Shown here piece by piece: positions 1 to 11,257 of a stretch of DNA of 64,000 nt; within the stretch, counting starts at the first letter, position 1; every line of letters starts with the position of its first letter. This DNA is from a virus. The DNA is taken from positions 64,001 through 128,000 of IMG/VR virus record IMGVR_UViG_3300035490_000050; one strand, 5' to 3'. The position numbers were made by a program, and so were the translations under genes. The notes beneath the pieces were generated by a model. That model was not told the DNA's origin and did no database searches. It saw nothing but the letters and a program-made list of their open reading frames with translations.

Positions 1-13
1 CATACCTAAGCAA

Positions 14-691
14 ATGATCCCTCGTGTTCAAAAACAGATTCTTTTGGACACAATATATGAAGCGACAGGAAAAGAAACAAAAGCGTTCGATGAAAAACTA
101 TTTGCCAAGAGAATGCTTCAAATAGGAGATGAGAGAGGAGAGGTATTATTCGGTAGAAATTGGCCTAAAATAAGGGATTTTTCGGAATTATTGAACAAGA
201 TAAGCGAGAGCGGTGGCTTACAAGCTGCATCTCTATCAAATCCAGAAATAGCCAAGCAAACAAGCAGGTTTATTTTGGAAACAGTTTTTGCAGGAACAGG
301 TGCTCACGTTACAGGCACTTCACTTACAACTGCTGCAATTCCTGTGATGTCAGAGGCTATTTTATGGAAGACTGCTGCTGCTGCTCTCACCCATCCAGCG
401 GCAGCGGAAAAAATAATCATTGCAATGCAAATCCTTGCCCGGTTAACTCCTTACGCTGGAAGCGGAGCATATTACATTCATAAGGAAGCGCATAGGGACC
501 ATACTAAGCCATCACATAATATAGAGGATATAAAGAAGCAGGCAGAGGAACTTCAAAAGTCAATGCACTTAGGAGGATTCGCACCTGCACCGAAAGAGAC
601 ACCACCACCTGCTCCGGGGCCACAGTCGAATACAAAGCCTGTATGGACTCATGTGTTTAATCCCACCACGGGCGCAATTGAGGCTGTCTGA
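14..691 (+). CDS. Phage virion/internal protein, C-terminal part (probably begins upstream of the window)
   Basis: Long ORF coupled (TGATG overlap) to the next gene; no recognisable motif. Confidence 0.5.
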   Translation: MIPRVQKQILLDTIYEATGKETKAFDEKLFAKRMLQIGDERGEVLFGRNWPKIRDFSELLNKISESGGLQAASLSNPEIAKQTSRFILETVFAGTGAHVTGTSLTTAAIPVMSEAILWKTAAAALTHPAAAEKIIIAMQILARLTPYAGSGAYYIHKEAHRDHTKPSHNIEDIKKQAEELQKSMHLGGFAPAPKETPPPAPGPQSNTKPVWTHVFNPTTGAIEAV

Positions 692-3600
692 TGGCCGAAC
701 CCAAGCGGAAACTCGTCAAAGTGGACGATAGCATTATTGCTTTTCCTGACGCGATGCCAGATGAGCACGTCGCAAGAGCTATAAAGTCCTTTCGCGCAAA
801 GAAAACTCCTCAACCTCTAGCGACAGAGGAATCGGAACAGGACCGTCAACTTAAGCCTGCACAGCCGTTAAGCACTGCAATTCCTAGCCTTCCACAGTGG
901 GCAAATACTCCTTTGTCTCCTATCCTCGATAAGAAAGTGGATTATGTAGATCGCGCTCTGTGGCCGGGAGGAACTGCGAACTGGGATAAAGGTACAGCGG
1001 CAGCGGAAGCCGATAAACAGAAATTCATGACTAACCATCCTATCGGCGGTGGGATATTTGAGGGCGTTTCTGAGACGGCTGAGGGACTGACGACACCGGC
1101 CAATTTAGCGTTGATGATATTAGCGCCGGAGTCAAAGATCATGAGCGGTCTGTTCGCTATCCAGTCGCTCCACGGCTCGTACAAGGACGTAGAAGAGGCT
1201 AGGAAGGCTTACAGGGAGGGAAGGAACGCCGAGGCAAGCAAGTACGCCACACAAGCCATCCTGAATCTAGGAATAGCTGGTCTAGCAGGGCATCACGCAG
1301 TCAAAGATATTCCTGTTCCTGAGCCGGTAAAGGCGTTCATGAAAGATGAAAGTGGATTTGTCGATCCAATCAAGCAATGGCCTCAATTCAAGCAGTGGTT
1401 CGGGAACTCTAAGGTTGTAGAACAAAACGGAGCACCACGCGCTGTATTTCATAGCACCCCAGAAGAGTTTGATGAGTTCGACCCACGTAAGAGCCACGAT
1501 ATAGGAATCCATTTTGGTACGCCTGAGCAAGCAGACGCGGCGGCAAAACCTATAGGAAAATACAGAGAAGGTACTCGCCTTATTCCAGCCTACATTAAGG
1601 TGGAAAATCCTCTTCGCGTTAAGGATATGTTCTCCACATTGAAAAACAGATTCATAAACCGAGCAAAAATCCTAACGTTGGATACGCCGGGACTGTATTT
1701 CAGCAGTGACGAAAGGGCAGAGATTTACGACGCCGCAAAAAAGGCTGATGCGGCAAGGAGTAAAGCAGGCGGGGATTATAGTATTGAGCTAATCCCATCC
1801 AACGCAAAGTTGCGAGAAGAATACAATACTCAAAGCAAACGGTTTTGGAGTGTAGCTGAGAAAGCGATACGACGTAACGGTTACGATGGTCTTGTCTACA
1901 ACAATAAAGTGGAAGGCAAAGGAGACAGTTACGCTGTATTTGAACCTACGCAAATCAAATCCGCCATCGGCAACAGTGGAGCATTTGATCCTAAGAGCGG
2001 AAGCCTAACAGACCCACGTGCTCCCAAACTTGCCGACGTAAAGGCTAAAGCAGCCGAACTCAAGCCCACCACTGCGTACAAGTCAGCAGACCAGTCTCAG
2101 CCGTTCTACCTAAAGTCTGAGAACCTGATTAACGAGAAGATGAAAGGTCCAATGCCCGCAGAGGACGTTCACAGGATGCTCTTATCGAACGGGGTAAAGC
2201 CAGAGGAGATGAAGTGGACAGGATTGGATGAATTGCTAACGTCAAAGGGCAAGCAAAAGGTAACGCCACAGGAGATTCAGGAGCATCTGGCAGGGAATAA
2301 TCTTCAGATTCAGGAAGTGACAAAGGGTGCTCCTTCCCGCCCTTCTAGTGGCCTAACTTTTGACAGTGTTGCGAATCAAGAGTACGGGAAACCATTCAGC
2401 GAGTTGACAGATAAGGAAAAGGGGATCGTAAAGCGCGTCTTTGATGAACAGTTGGATTCTTTTCAAGCAGGAGAACCAACCAAGTTCGGCTCCTACGCTC
2501 TTCCCGGCGCAGAACCAGGATCATACAGAGAACTACTGGTAACGATGCCACCGAAAACAGCGCCACAACATTTCATCGCGTACAAAGGTGGTCCAACAAT
2601 AGGGCAAGGATACGCTAACCTAACGGAAGCGCAATCTGAGATGGCCGATCTGTTTCCTAATCGAGACGATATTGAAATTCGTCAAGGTAGAGGCGACAGG
2701 TCCACAACAACTAGGACACCTGAGAATTTCCGCTCCTCTCACTGGGACGAACCCAACGTACTAGGACACGTCAGATTCAATGACAGGACTGGTCCTAACG
2801 GGGAGAGGATTTTGCATCTGGAGGAGCTTCAGAGCGATTGGGGACAACATATTAGGAGCGAAGGAGTTAAAAAATCCCCTGTGGAATTAGCCAAACTCCC
2901 GATGAAAGCCGCAAGACACGCTGGATTTTGGGAAATCCATACTGAAGATGGACAATTCGTAACGAACGTACAAGAGTGGGAACATCCAGATGTTAAAACT
3001 GATGAAGATGCCATAAAGGAGGCGCGTAGAAGGATAATTGAAGCTCCGAACAGGACGAAGATTGTGAATAAAGGTCATCCCGACATGCCCTTCAAGAAGA
3101 CGGAGGATTGGGCAGGACTTCTCTTTAAGAGAATGATGCGCTATGCCGCAGAAAAAGGATACGACGGTATTTCATGGACACCGGGAGAGGAACAGGTAAA
3201 AAGGTATCCTAATCTTTCGGAAGTCACAGACAGGTTGATGTATGATCCAAAAACAGAAACGTTGAGGACTTGGAAATACGATAACAATGAAAGCCAATCG
3301 TTCAACGTCCCGCCTGAAAAGCTGTCGGATCATATAGGAAAAGAGGCAACACAAAGGCTATTGAACTCTCCGCTAGAAGAAGGAGAGCATGTTTTGGAAG
3401 GAGAAGGCTTAATAACAGGCGGCAAAGGACAGCGTGTGTTTTATGACACGATGGTTCCGCAAATGGCCAACAAACTAGGAAAGCAGTGGGGCGCGAAGGT
3501 AGGAGAAACGAAAATAAATACTGGACGCCCTACATCTGGCGAGGGTTGGGAACAAACAAAGATGTGGGACCAGTTAAGATCAGATGGGCGTCGTGGACAG

Positions 3601-3927
3601 ATGCCATTATATGCAATCTTTGATAGAGGGGGGAATTGGGTAGGCACAACGGGTGACCCATCTTCGGTAGATGATTCTGGAGGGGAAGAAACAGCCGTAA
3701 AAGTAATAGACGAAAAAGGAAACCTACTCAAAGATGCGAAGTTGCCATCTACACAGAAATCCGTCCCCTACCTTCCCATCACTCCCCAGATGCGGGCAGG
3801 AGTCAAGTCTATTCCTTATTCTCTTTTCTCTATTCCTCTGGCTGCTGGTGCGCTAACATTGCAACAGGTGAAGGCGCAGGGTGATGAATTGCAAAAGAAA
3901 TTCAAGCCGACAGGAGTGACAAAGTGA
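691..3927 (+). CDS. Large polyvalent phage protein with ADP-ribosyltransferase-like (ART-PolyVal-type) domain
   Basis: FKQWFGNSKVV..FHST..GIHFG..GYDGLVY..YAVFEPTQIKSAIGNSGAFDP, followed by SHW..NVLGHVR..EELQSDW..GYDGISW segment typical of phage polyvalent proteins. Confidence 0.65.
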   Translation: MAEPKRKLVKVDDSIIAFPDAMPDEHVARAIKSFRAKKTPQPLATEESEQDRQLKPAQPLSTAIPSLPQWANTPLSPILDKKVDYVDRALWPGGTANWDKGTAAAEADKQKFMTNHPIGGGIFEGVSETAEGLTTPANLALMILAPESKIMSGLFAIQSLHGSYKDVEEARKAYREGRNAEASKYATQAILNLGIAGLAGHHAVKDIPVPEPVKAFMKDESGFVDPIKQWPQFKQWFGNSKVVEQNGAPRAVFHSTPEEFDEFDPRKSHDIGIHFGTPEQADAAAKPIGKYREGTRLIPAYIKVENPLRVKDMFSTLKNRFINRAKILTLDTPGLYFSSDERAEIYDAAKKADAARSKAGGDYSIELIPSNAKLREEYNTQSKRFWSVAEKAIRRNGYDGLVYNNKVEGKGDSYAVFEPTQIKSAIGNSGAFDPKSGSLTDPRAPKLADVKAKAAELKPTTAYKSADQSQPFYLKSENLINEKMKGPMPAEDVHRMLLSNGVKPEEMKWTGLDELLTSKGKQKVTPQEIQEHLAGNNLQIQEVTKGAPSRPSSGLTFDSVANQEYGKPFSELTDKEKGIVKRVFDEQLDSFQAGEPTKFGSYALPGAEPGSYRELLVTMPPKTAPQHFIAYKGGPTIGQGYANLTEAQSEMADLFPNRDDIEIRQGRGDRSTTTRTPENFRSSHWDEPNVLGHVRFNDRTGPNGERILHLEELQSDWGQHIRSEGVKKSPVELAKLPMKAARHAGFWEIHTEDGQFVTNVQEWEHPDVKTDEDAIKEARRRIIEAPNRTKIVNKGHPDMPFKKTEDWAGLLFKRMMRYAAEKGYDGISWTPGEEQVKRYPNLSEVTDRLMYDPKTETLRTWKYDNNESQSFNVPPEKLSDHIGKEATQRLLNSPLEEGEHVLEGEGLITGGKGQRVFYDTMVPQMANKLGKQWGAKVGETKINTGRPTSGEGWEQTKMWDQLRSDGRRGQMPLYAIFDRGGNWVGTTGDPSSVDDSGGEETAVKVIDEKGNLLKDAKLPSTQKSVPYLPITPQMRAGVKSIPYSLFSIPLAAGALTLQQVKAQGDELQKKFKPTGVTK

Positions 3928-4139
3928 TTGAACTAGCTGAAGGTGTTTGGATTGCTCCAGAGCATGTAACGATGGTCAAAGAGGCGGGAGAGGATAAATG
4001 CCTTATCTATTTTGTAGGTCAAAGCACGTTGGAAGGGTTTGCTCTTCCTTACCCGGCAAGTGAAGTCGCAGAGGCGATTGAGGACTCGTTTTGCGATGAC
4101 GGAAATGACGTAGAGGATGAACCGGACGAAGAAGAATAG
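3924..4139 (+). CDS. Small acidic hypothetical protein
   Basis: GTGA overlap with upstream stop; GGAG RBS. Confidence 0.6.
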   Translation: MIELAEGVWIAPEHVTMVKEAGEDKCLIYFVGQSTLEGFALPYPASEVAEAIEDSFCDDGNDVEDEPDEEE

Positions 4140-4398
4140 GAAAATGATTGGATTAAATAATCCTCGAAGTCCATGTATTATTGCCGTTTAGATGGCACGA
4201 ATATACTTGAAACACCATGCCTATGGTGTGTCTGCTACACAGGGTCAAAGGAGGATTATCCTGCACTTATCGACTTACATAAGGTCAAGTGGATGCGTAA
4301 AAATTTGAAAAGACACAACTTAGGTCTTGACAAGAACATAAGAATGTGCCTTTGATAGGGAATGAGTGTTTCTGCTGAATCCGCAATCGCGCAACCGC

Positions 4399-4677
4399 TC
4401 AACCGTGTTCCTTCTTCAGCCGGTCCCGAACCTCAACCTCAGCCAACTGGGACTGTAGTAGAACTGTTTGAGGCTTGTCTCGAATTGGCTGCTCTTCGCG
4501 CAAGGCGTCGGCTAGAGAGTTGTAGACTTCATCCGACTCTTCAAGGAAAATCTTGTGAGCCGTCAGCCAATCCACCTCTGGATGCTCCTGTAAATAGCGG
4601 TACTCCTGAAACGTCATCCACAGATGCCTATGAGCAAACAGGAGTTCGGTAAATAGCAACATTTCAGCTTCTTTCAT
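4399..4677 (-). CDS. Hypothetical protein
   Basis: ORF coupled to 4674..4919. Confidence 0.5.
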   Translation of the reverse strand: MKEAEMLLFTELLFAHRHLWMTFQEYRYLQEHPEVDWLTAHKIFLEESDEVYNSLADALREEQPIRDKPQTVLLQSQLAEVEVRDRLKKEHG

Positions 4678-5324
4678 TTCTTCTTGTTCTCCAGTTCATC
4701 AATTCGCTTAATGATTCGGTTTGCCGCGTGGTCGATAGTCATTTTCAGAATCCAGGTCCAGCAAGTACCTGCAATAAGGGCAACATAAACGATTTGGTTG
4801 CTAGTCATATTCGTTTTCCTCGAAACTACAGGAGTGTGCCAAGATGCAAACGCTGCTAACGCAAGCCGAATTGATCTCCATTTACGACAGGCTGGCATCG
4901 GAAGATTTAGGTATTCCAACGCCCCTGTATTCTCACCGCGAACATCTCTTGTTGGCCCTTAAAAGGTGGATCGAGTCATTCGGGCCAACGACGGAATATG
5001 ACAAATGGTTCAACTCAATTTCGACCAGTTAATTGCTCCGAACAGTGTTCCATCGCTCTTGATTTGGACTTGGGCCAGCCAAGCGGTGCAGTTTGTGTTA
5101 CGTGCCGCTCTTGCAACGATGGCTTTCTGTTCCACCAACTCACCCTTCCGCCGTTGTGGTACACTACGGCTAGAAAGGGTCAGGGTAGCGATCAGGGGGG
5201 CAACCCTGGCGGCTATCGGCCCAGCGCAACAGCTAAATTAGGTATATCCCCGCCACTCGCCACGAGCAGCCGGTACTTCTATGCGAATCTTCGCACAGGA
5301 CTGGCCCTACATGCAATCCCCACG

Positions 5325-5636
5325 CTATTCGGAGTCTTCTTCCTCAAAGATCAGCCACTCGACATCGCCGCGCGAGACGACCATTCTGCCAGGTTCAATG
5401 GAAAACTCCGCCGTCGTCACATCAAACTGCCCAAAGGAATGCATAGCTTTCCCCACGACTCCAACCAAAGACTGCTCCCAATCCAGCCCGCAGATTCGGA
5501 CAGAGAGCGCGTCCTCCGGCTGGCCGCGCTCTATGACTGTCACTTTGAGCCAAGTTTTATCCTTGCTCCACGTCGAGAATTTCTCGAATGCTTCAGATGC
5601 AGAAGCCATGTTCTTCTTCACCCTCTTTTTTCGCAT
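5325..5636 (-). CDS. Hypothetical protein (island cargo)
   Basis: Protein-like composition; no motif. Confidence 0.5.
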   Translation of the reverse strand: MRKKRVKKNMASASEAFEKFSTWSKDKTWLKVTVIERGQPEDALSVRICGLDWEQSLVGVVGKAMHSFGQFDVTTAEFSIEPGRMVVSRGDVEWLIFEEEDSE

Positions 5637-6474
5637 GTGCGCTAATGCGAAGACTTTGACGCGCGATGCAGACGGGAAGTGCGACCGCGCAAGTCAAGCG
5701 TTCATTGCGGCACTGGAAGGCATCACCGGCCCACCGGATTATAGTATTCTAAAAGCGCATCCTCAATCAAAGGGATAATTGTTCCGATCGGTAAACAAAA
5801 CCGGCGAATTTTGGCCCGTTTGAGCTGGTTTTGAGCCAAAGGACAACGCTTTTCCGCCCAAATCCCCGAATATCCGCGCCTTCATTCGCCTTTGCCTGGC
5901 GCGTATAATCGCTCCGGCGTCTCAACGGAAGGAAGGAGTCTGCGAATGCGCGCCAAGCTGCTTCTCGCGATTGCGTTGTCCGCCGCCGCCATTCTTCCCG
6001 CGAACCCCTCCCCTACGCCAAATTGAAGGGCGGGGATAATCCGTTCTAGTCGCTGGCAGGTTCGGCACGTTTACGGCGTGGGGATGTGCCGATTACGTCC
6101 TTGAGCGGCAAGGGTTTGGTGCTGATGATCTTCCGAAGTACAGCATCGAACTTGTCTTTATCCACCATTATTTCTTGAGGTTCTGGCGAAGGTGTGTCCA
6201 TTGGGAATATCCTAACATCTTATCGAAAAAACACTTGCATAGACGTGCAAGATCAACTACACTAGGCAGCGTAACCAGTAGTACCGAGTGCCACTCGGAA
6301 TCCCGATGGCACCCGGCATGAAGGTTGGTCTGGAGTGTCCGCTCCAGTCGGTACAGCAAGGACGAGGAAGAATCTTAAGCATAGTACTCCTCGTTTGTCG
6401 GCTTTCTGCTGTTTTGGTGCTCCCACACCGTTCAGATCAGGATTGCCGAACCTCGTAATATCCAAGCCCCGGTC

Positions 6475-6888
6475 CTAAGCCGGGGCTTCGGTTTTTCCCT
6501 CTCCTTTCGTCCAAAGTTTCGCTAGACCTCTCTTGCCAACATTCTGCACTTGGTCCTCCAGCGAGACCAAGGCTTCATTTACGGCGATCATCGGCGTCTG
6601 GGAAACGAACACAAAGCCACTTCTCTGCATGGCGTCGGCGATTTCCTGAGTAGTTATTCCTGGATGTCCAGCAGGCGGAAGAGTTTCCCAGACCCTGCGC
6701 TTCAGTTCCCCGTAGGGCCGTGGCCGTGGTCGTATGGAGAAGTTGCCAGTCGTCGGCGGCGCGGCAATCTGGCTGATTCTGGGGTCAAGGAAGACGGCTT
6801 TTGCCCTTTCCCAGAATGCCACTTCCTCTTTGGCTTTCGCCAACTTTTCGTCAATCGTGTTGAGATCAATACTTGGCATGTTCCTCAT
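6475..6888 (-). CDS. Coiled-coil plus winged-HTH-like protein
   Basis: N-terminal coiled coil, C-terminal ITTQEIADAMQRSG helix pattern. Confidence 0.5.
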   Translation of the reverse strand: MRNMPSIDLNTIDEKLAKAKEEVAFWERAKAVFLDPRISQIAAPPTTGNFSIRPRPRPYGELKRRVWETLPPAGHPGITTQEIADAMQRSGFVFVSQTPMIAVNEALVSLEDQVQNVGKRGLAKLWTKGEGKTEAPA

Positions 6889-6947
6889 TACCCATTTAGA
6901 TTCTCCTTCTACGCAGAGGAGTTGTCAAGATTCTTTACTATGCAAAT

Positions 6948-7199
6948 ATGGAATGTGCGAAACTCCGCACATTGCCAATGCCTGATCTTGCAGAGCAGCT
7001 AGGAACTCGGATTCGAGCCGCCAGAATCTCCAAGGGACTCCGACAGGAGGAACTCGCGGCGCGCTCCAACATGACGCGCGCGCACATCAGCCACATAGAG
7101 AACGGCCAGTTTAATATGCGCTTAGAAACACTTGAAGGGATTTGCAGAGGCTTACAGATTCAACCATTTACATTATTTGAGGGGATCAATATAGATTAG
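6948..7199 (+). CDS. XRE-family HTH regulator
   Basis: LGTRIRAARISKGLRQEELAA..HISHIENGQ. Confidence 0.85.
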   Translation: MECAKLRTLPMPDLAEQLGTRIRAARISKGLRQEELAARSNMTRAHISHIENGQFNMRLETLEGICRGLQIQPFTLFEGINID

Positions 7200-7331
7200 C
7201 GCCGTCCCTATAATCCTACGTCAAAGTGATAATCGTCCTAATTGATAAACACAGTAGGTTACCTAAGGAACCTCTGAAAAGCGCCGAGTTAGAAGAGTCC
7301 GTCGCCGGTATTTTTCTGCAAGGGCATGAAA

Positions 7332-7571
7332 TCAGCGCATTTTCGTATGTCCGGCAGGTCGTTTAACCCGCCGGAAGCCGCCGTGGCCTGCGGCGGGCAC
7401 ACTACGCCCCTTGGTGGGCCAGCCGAAGGTTGATCTTGGCCAGTCGCTTGCGGTTCCCGTAGAGGTTGGCCAGCGCATCGCGGCAACGAAATCAACGCAC
7501 ACGTCAGGGTCCGCGAAATAGCGGGTTGCCTGTAAGAGGCTTTTCGGCATATTGTTGGTACTCATTTTCAC
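7332..7571 (-). pseudogene. Truncated IS1595 transposase N-terminus
   Basis: MPKSLLQATRYFADPDVCVDFVAAMRWP matches the start of the intact transposase at 8944, then similarity stops. Confidence 0.7.
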
Positions 7572-7877
7572 CCCACAAGGATTAAGAAAACAGTTGCGGT
7601 CATCTCTGTAGAGGTGTATAGTTTCTACAGAGAGAAGCTCCTAGGACTCCCCACGCTTGATTGCGTAGGGAGCCTGATAGGCCATAGACTCCGGTGTTCT
7701 AGCACCATTGCCTGTGGGTATTACTGTGCGAAAGTACATTTCGCTTCTCCACCGTCCTAAGATTTGCCTGTCCGGGCTGAGGACGGAAATTCGTTGTACT
7801 CAAGGGACCTCTTTTCGGGGTCCCTTGTTTATTCGGCATAAATATACTTGAAACCGCGTTAGGCGTAGAATAACGGA

Positions 7878-8801
7878 ATGAACAGCCCCCAACTCCTTTC
7901 CGCGTATGAACGCTGCAATCGGGCGGGCGTATGGAACCGTGACTGGCGCAGGTGGAAAATCTCTGATACCGAGATGCTCCAGCGGTCCATCCGCGCAGGA
8001 CTCCTTTCCGATAGACCAGATTTCAATATCGCGTCAGGCGAAGAGACGATGACTCTGAGCGCGGAGCCGGGACTAGAAAGCAAAGAATACAACCTGTACG
8101 ACCAATGTGTTCACTTAGCCGCACTCTCAGACATCCTCACCGCCGCCGTCAGGAAGCCCTCAGAGCGGCCTTGGTTGCTTCCAGAGGATGTGAGGATAGG
8201 CGACGGACCTACGTGGCGCAGCGCGGCCTATCTCAGCCCCAGCGGTGATTATCTTAGGCGCATAGCGATTGTGAGCAATTGGGGGGATGATCGCCATTTC
8301 GGGGAATGCAGGGGCTGGTTTTCGATGGGAGAGATTTGCGCTTACTCTTTGCCGATGCAGTTGGTCGTAGCTGTCATTGGCCAGAGCAGGAGTGGGAAGC
8401 GCCACAGCCCGTTTACGAAAGGACTTTTACATCCCGCAAATAAAAAATTGCGATTCAAGAAAAAGAACTCGGTCAATGAACCTTTTAAGGCGTCATGGCT
8501 TCCCGTTTGGAGGGAAGATCACGATGAAATTTCAACCGAATCATGGCTTCAAAGTATGCTCACTGATTTAGTTCTTGAGGACCATCTCTTTAAGGTTGAT
8601 ATTCCTCTGCCAACCAAAGAAGCGCAAAGGAAAATAAGAGACTTGGCATCGAAGAAACTAGAAGAGATCGAAACAGCTAACATTATTCCTGACCAGCAAT
8701 TGTCAACCTGCGATCATCCTTATCCCTGCGTATTCCGAAACCCATGCCATTCTCAGCAAGAGCCGAGTGGACGGCATGGGTTTGTCAGAATTACAACCTA
8801 G
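7878..8801 (+). CDS. Cas4/AddB-like (PD-(D/E)XK-related) protein with 1+3 Cys cluster motif
   Basis: N-terminal LSAYERCNR and C-terminal CDHPYPCVFRNPC; catalytic residues not clear. Confidence 0.45.
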   Translation: MNSPQLLSAYERCNRAGVWNRDWRRWKISDTEMLQRSIRAGLLSDRPDFNIASGEETMTLSAEPGLESKEYNLYDQCVHLAALSDILTAAVRKPSERPWLLPEDVRIGDGPTWRSAAYLSPSGDYLRRIAIVSNWGDDRHFGECRGWFSMGEICAYSLPMQLVVAVIGQSRSGKRHSPFTKGLLHPANKKLRFKKKNSVNEPFKASWLPVWREDHDEISTESWLQSMLTDLVLEDHLFKVDIPLPTKEAQRKIRDLASKKLEEIETANIIPDQQLSTCDHPYPCVFRNPCHSQQEPSGRHGFVRITT

Positions 8802-8943
8802 ACGTTGCGTTGCATCGCAGGACAAAACGACACGCCACAAGACGGGATGAGGCGTAGTGGGGCGTTGTGGTGCGCGGCGGTGCGGATGAATTTATGGTAA
8901 TAATATACTTGACATTCCACGATTGTAGGTCTATATTTGAATC

Positions 8944-9909
8944 ATGGAAACGCCAAAGACTCTCCGAGATGCAATTATCTGGTTTGCGGATTTCGAGCAT
9001 TGCCGCAAGTTCATGGTACAACTGCGCTGGCCTGATGGCGCTGTAAAGTGCCCGATCTGCGGTGCGGAGAAGGTCACCTATCTGGAAAAGCAGCGTGTGT
9101 GGAAGTGCTACGCCAAACACGAGCGACCGACATTCTCCCTCAAGACTGGCACGATATTTGAAGACTCTCCGATTCCGCTGGAGAAGTGGCTGTGCGCGGC
9201 ATGGCTGCTCATCAACTGCAAGAACGGGATTAGCTCGTATGAAATACATCGTGATCTTGGTGTGACACAGAAAACAGCTTGGTTTATGCTTCACCGGATT
9301 CGGCTGGCAATGCGAGAGGGTGGATTCGACAAGTTGGGTGGTGAGGGTGGCCCAGTGGAAGTCGATGAATGTTTCATTGGCCCGAAGCCTCAGAAAATGC
9401 ATCGCTATAAGAGACTCGCCTTGCAGAGCGGCATCAACGCAAGGGCGAAGAATCCCATTATGGGGATGCTGGACCGTGAGAGCCGTAAGGTCCGCGCGAA
9501 GGTAGTTCCAGATGTGAAGCGGAGCACGTTGCAGCGGGAGATTCTGAACCATATCGAAAAGGGTTCCAAGGTCTACACCGATGGGTGGCCGGGATATGAT
9601 AATCTGGCCGCGCAGGAGTACATTCACGAGACGGTCAACCACGTCGAGGAATATGTACGTGGACAGGTTCACACTCAGGGAATCGACAACTTTTGGAGTC
9701 TCCTGAGACGCGGCCTGACCGGAACGTATATTGCCGTGGAACCGTTCCATCTTGACCGCTATGTTGGGGAGCAGGTATTCCGCTACAACAACCGCTTGAT
9801 CTCCGACGCTGAGCGGTTCACTACCGTCATGAAGCAAATCGTCGGTCGTCGGCTGACGTATGATGAACTGACAGGCAAGACTGAACGCTCATCAGAGATG
9901 CGTCCTTGA
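8944..9909 (+). CDS. IS1595-family transposase
   Basis: RWP..CPICG zinc ribbon; VEVDECFIG, VYTDG, HTQGIDNFWS, RYN, GRRLTY. Confidence 0.95.
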   Translation: METPKTLRDAIIWFADFEHCRKFMVQLRWPDGAVKCPICGAEKVTYLEKQRVWKCYAKHERPTFSLKTGTIFEDSPIPLEKWLCAAWLLINCKNGISSYEIHRDLGVTQKTAWFMLHRIRLAMREGGFDKLGGEGGPVEVDECFIGPKPQKMHRYKRLALQSGINARAKNPIMGMLDRESRKVRAKVVPDVKRSTLQREILNHIEKGSKVYTDGWPGYDNLAAQEYIHETVNHVEEYVRGQVHTQGIDNFWSLLRRGLTGTYIAVEPFHLDRYVGEQVFRYNNRLISDAERFTTVMKQIVGRRLTYDELTGKTERSSEMRP

Positions 9910-9961
9910 AGCAGAAGAAGAGGCAGGGACGCGGCAAGCGCAAGCCCGCTTCGGGAGGGTT

Positions 9962-10153
9962 ATGACGGAACCAGCCTTCGATTCAACGCCAGAATTCCAA
10001 CACTTCACGGAAGTCATGCGAGGCGTGTTGTCGGTTCCTAAAAAGCGTTTAGATGAACTCGTTGCGGCTGCAAAGGAAACTTCGCCTCGCAACGGCAATC
10101 GGAGTGCGCCTGGGAGAAAGGCCGGAACTGTCAAGAGGCGCAAACGGAAGTAA
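9962..10153 (+). CDS. Small IS1595-associated protein
   Basis: GGGAGG RBS; EFQHFTEVMRGVLSVPK. Confidence 0.6.
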   Translation: MTEPAFDSTPEFQHFTEVMRGVLSVPKKRLDELVAAAKETSPRNGNRSAPGRKAGTVKRRKRK

Positions 10154-10162
10154 TTCTTGGAC

Positions 10163-11257
10163 TTAGGAGCCTTTACCAACCTTGTAGGCTAAATCCCAAA
10201 GGCTCCGAGCAATCTTCCGAACATTCACTTCAGCATCTCTCCCACTAATGGGTAAGGATAACGCCGCAGCCTTGAGTCCCCTTAAAGCGAAGAGGTTGCT
10301 CAGTAGTTGGACCCGCATGGAGAAGCGTTGGAGGGCATAGCCTGCCTCCACTCTGTCGCACCACGTCTTAAGCGGCCCAGTAAATTCATGTCCCTGCGGA
10401 TAGTGAAATTCGCAAGCATCCGTATAGTCCACATCATTCGCATCGATCAGGGAACGCATCTTTGCGTCCGGCATGGTACGTACCTCTTCTTCTGTGTACT
10501 TGGGCGTCGGTCGTGGTCCAAGTTCATTTAGGAACTGGAGCAATTTTACCGAGAGTCGAAGCGCATGTCTCTGTAGAGGCTCAAGCACAATATCCTCTGG
10601 TAAAACCAACAGATCATCTTCCATACTCTCGGTCGTCACAGGTGGGTCGTTTTGATAAGAGTACGTGACCTCCACTCGCTTTATTTGGCCCTCAAACGGA
10701 TCGCGGGAAACAGGATCAAGTCCAGGTGCCTTAAAATCGCCTCTGTCCACCTTAAACACCAAACTATCGCCGACGATTTTGTGCTTCAATACTTCTGTTA
10801 CATCAGGTTTGTCGCCTCCTTCAGCGAACGCTCGGAACTCGGCTTTGATGATGTTCAACTGCGATGCAGATGAGTCAGTTCTTGACAACTTTTTTAACAA
10901 GGCATCTCTCTCCACAATTGCGGCCTGCTGAGATTCCATGGAACCTTTCAATCGCATCACAGAAATAGTAGTGCCGAACGTGCATAGCACCACAAAAGCC
11001 CAAGGAATCGCTATAGAGACCGTTCCGTTTTCAGCCAAAACAACTCCGACCCCTACGGCGAGAAGAAGTGCCGCAATTGCAGGCCAATAAAGTCCAATTT
11101 TATTGCGCCGAGTCGTCTCAGGCATTTTGATACCCGCCTGAGCAGCGAATATCCTGTTCTGCTCTCTGAATATTTGGTTTTGCTGCCAGCCGAAGAATAT
11201 ACCTGCCGCGTTGCTTGTGATCGCAACAATCGCAACGATCAAATCGAACGTGCTCAT
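10163..11257 (-). CDS. Membrane-anchored passenger protein
   Basis: Three hydrophobic segments at N-terminus; lies inside the IS ends. Confidence 0.75.
   Translation of the reverse strand: MSTFDLIVAIVAITSNAAGIFFGWQQNQIFREQNRIFAAQAGIKMPETTRRNKIGLYWPAIAALLLAVGVGVVLAENGTVSIAIPWAFVVLCTFGTTISVMRLKGSMESQQAAIVERDALLKKLSRTDSSASQLNIIKAEFRAFAEGGDKPDVTEVLKHKIVGDSLVFKVDRGDFKAPGLDPVSRDPFEGQIKRVEVTYSYQNDPPVTTESMEDDLLVLPEDIVLEPLQRHALRLSVKLLQFLNELGPRPTPKYTEEEVRTMPDAKMRSLIDANDVDYTDACEFHYPQGHEFTGPLKTWCDRVEAGYALQRFSMRVQLLSNLFALRGLKAAALSLPISGRDAEVNVRKIARSLWDLAYKVGKGS

Noticed and set aside
8791-9837. 348-aa antisense ORF
   Set aside because: Mirror frame of the IS1595 transposase
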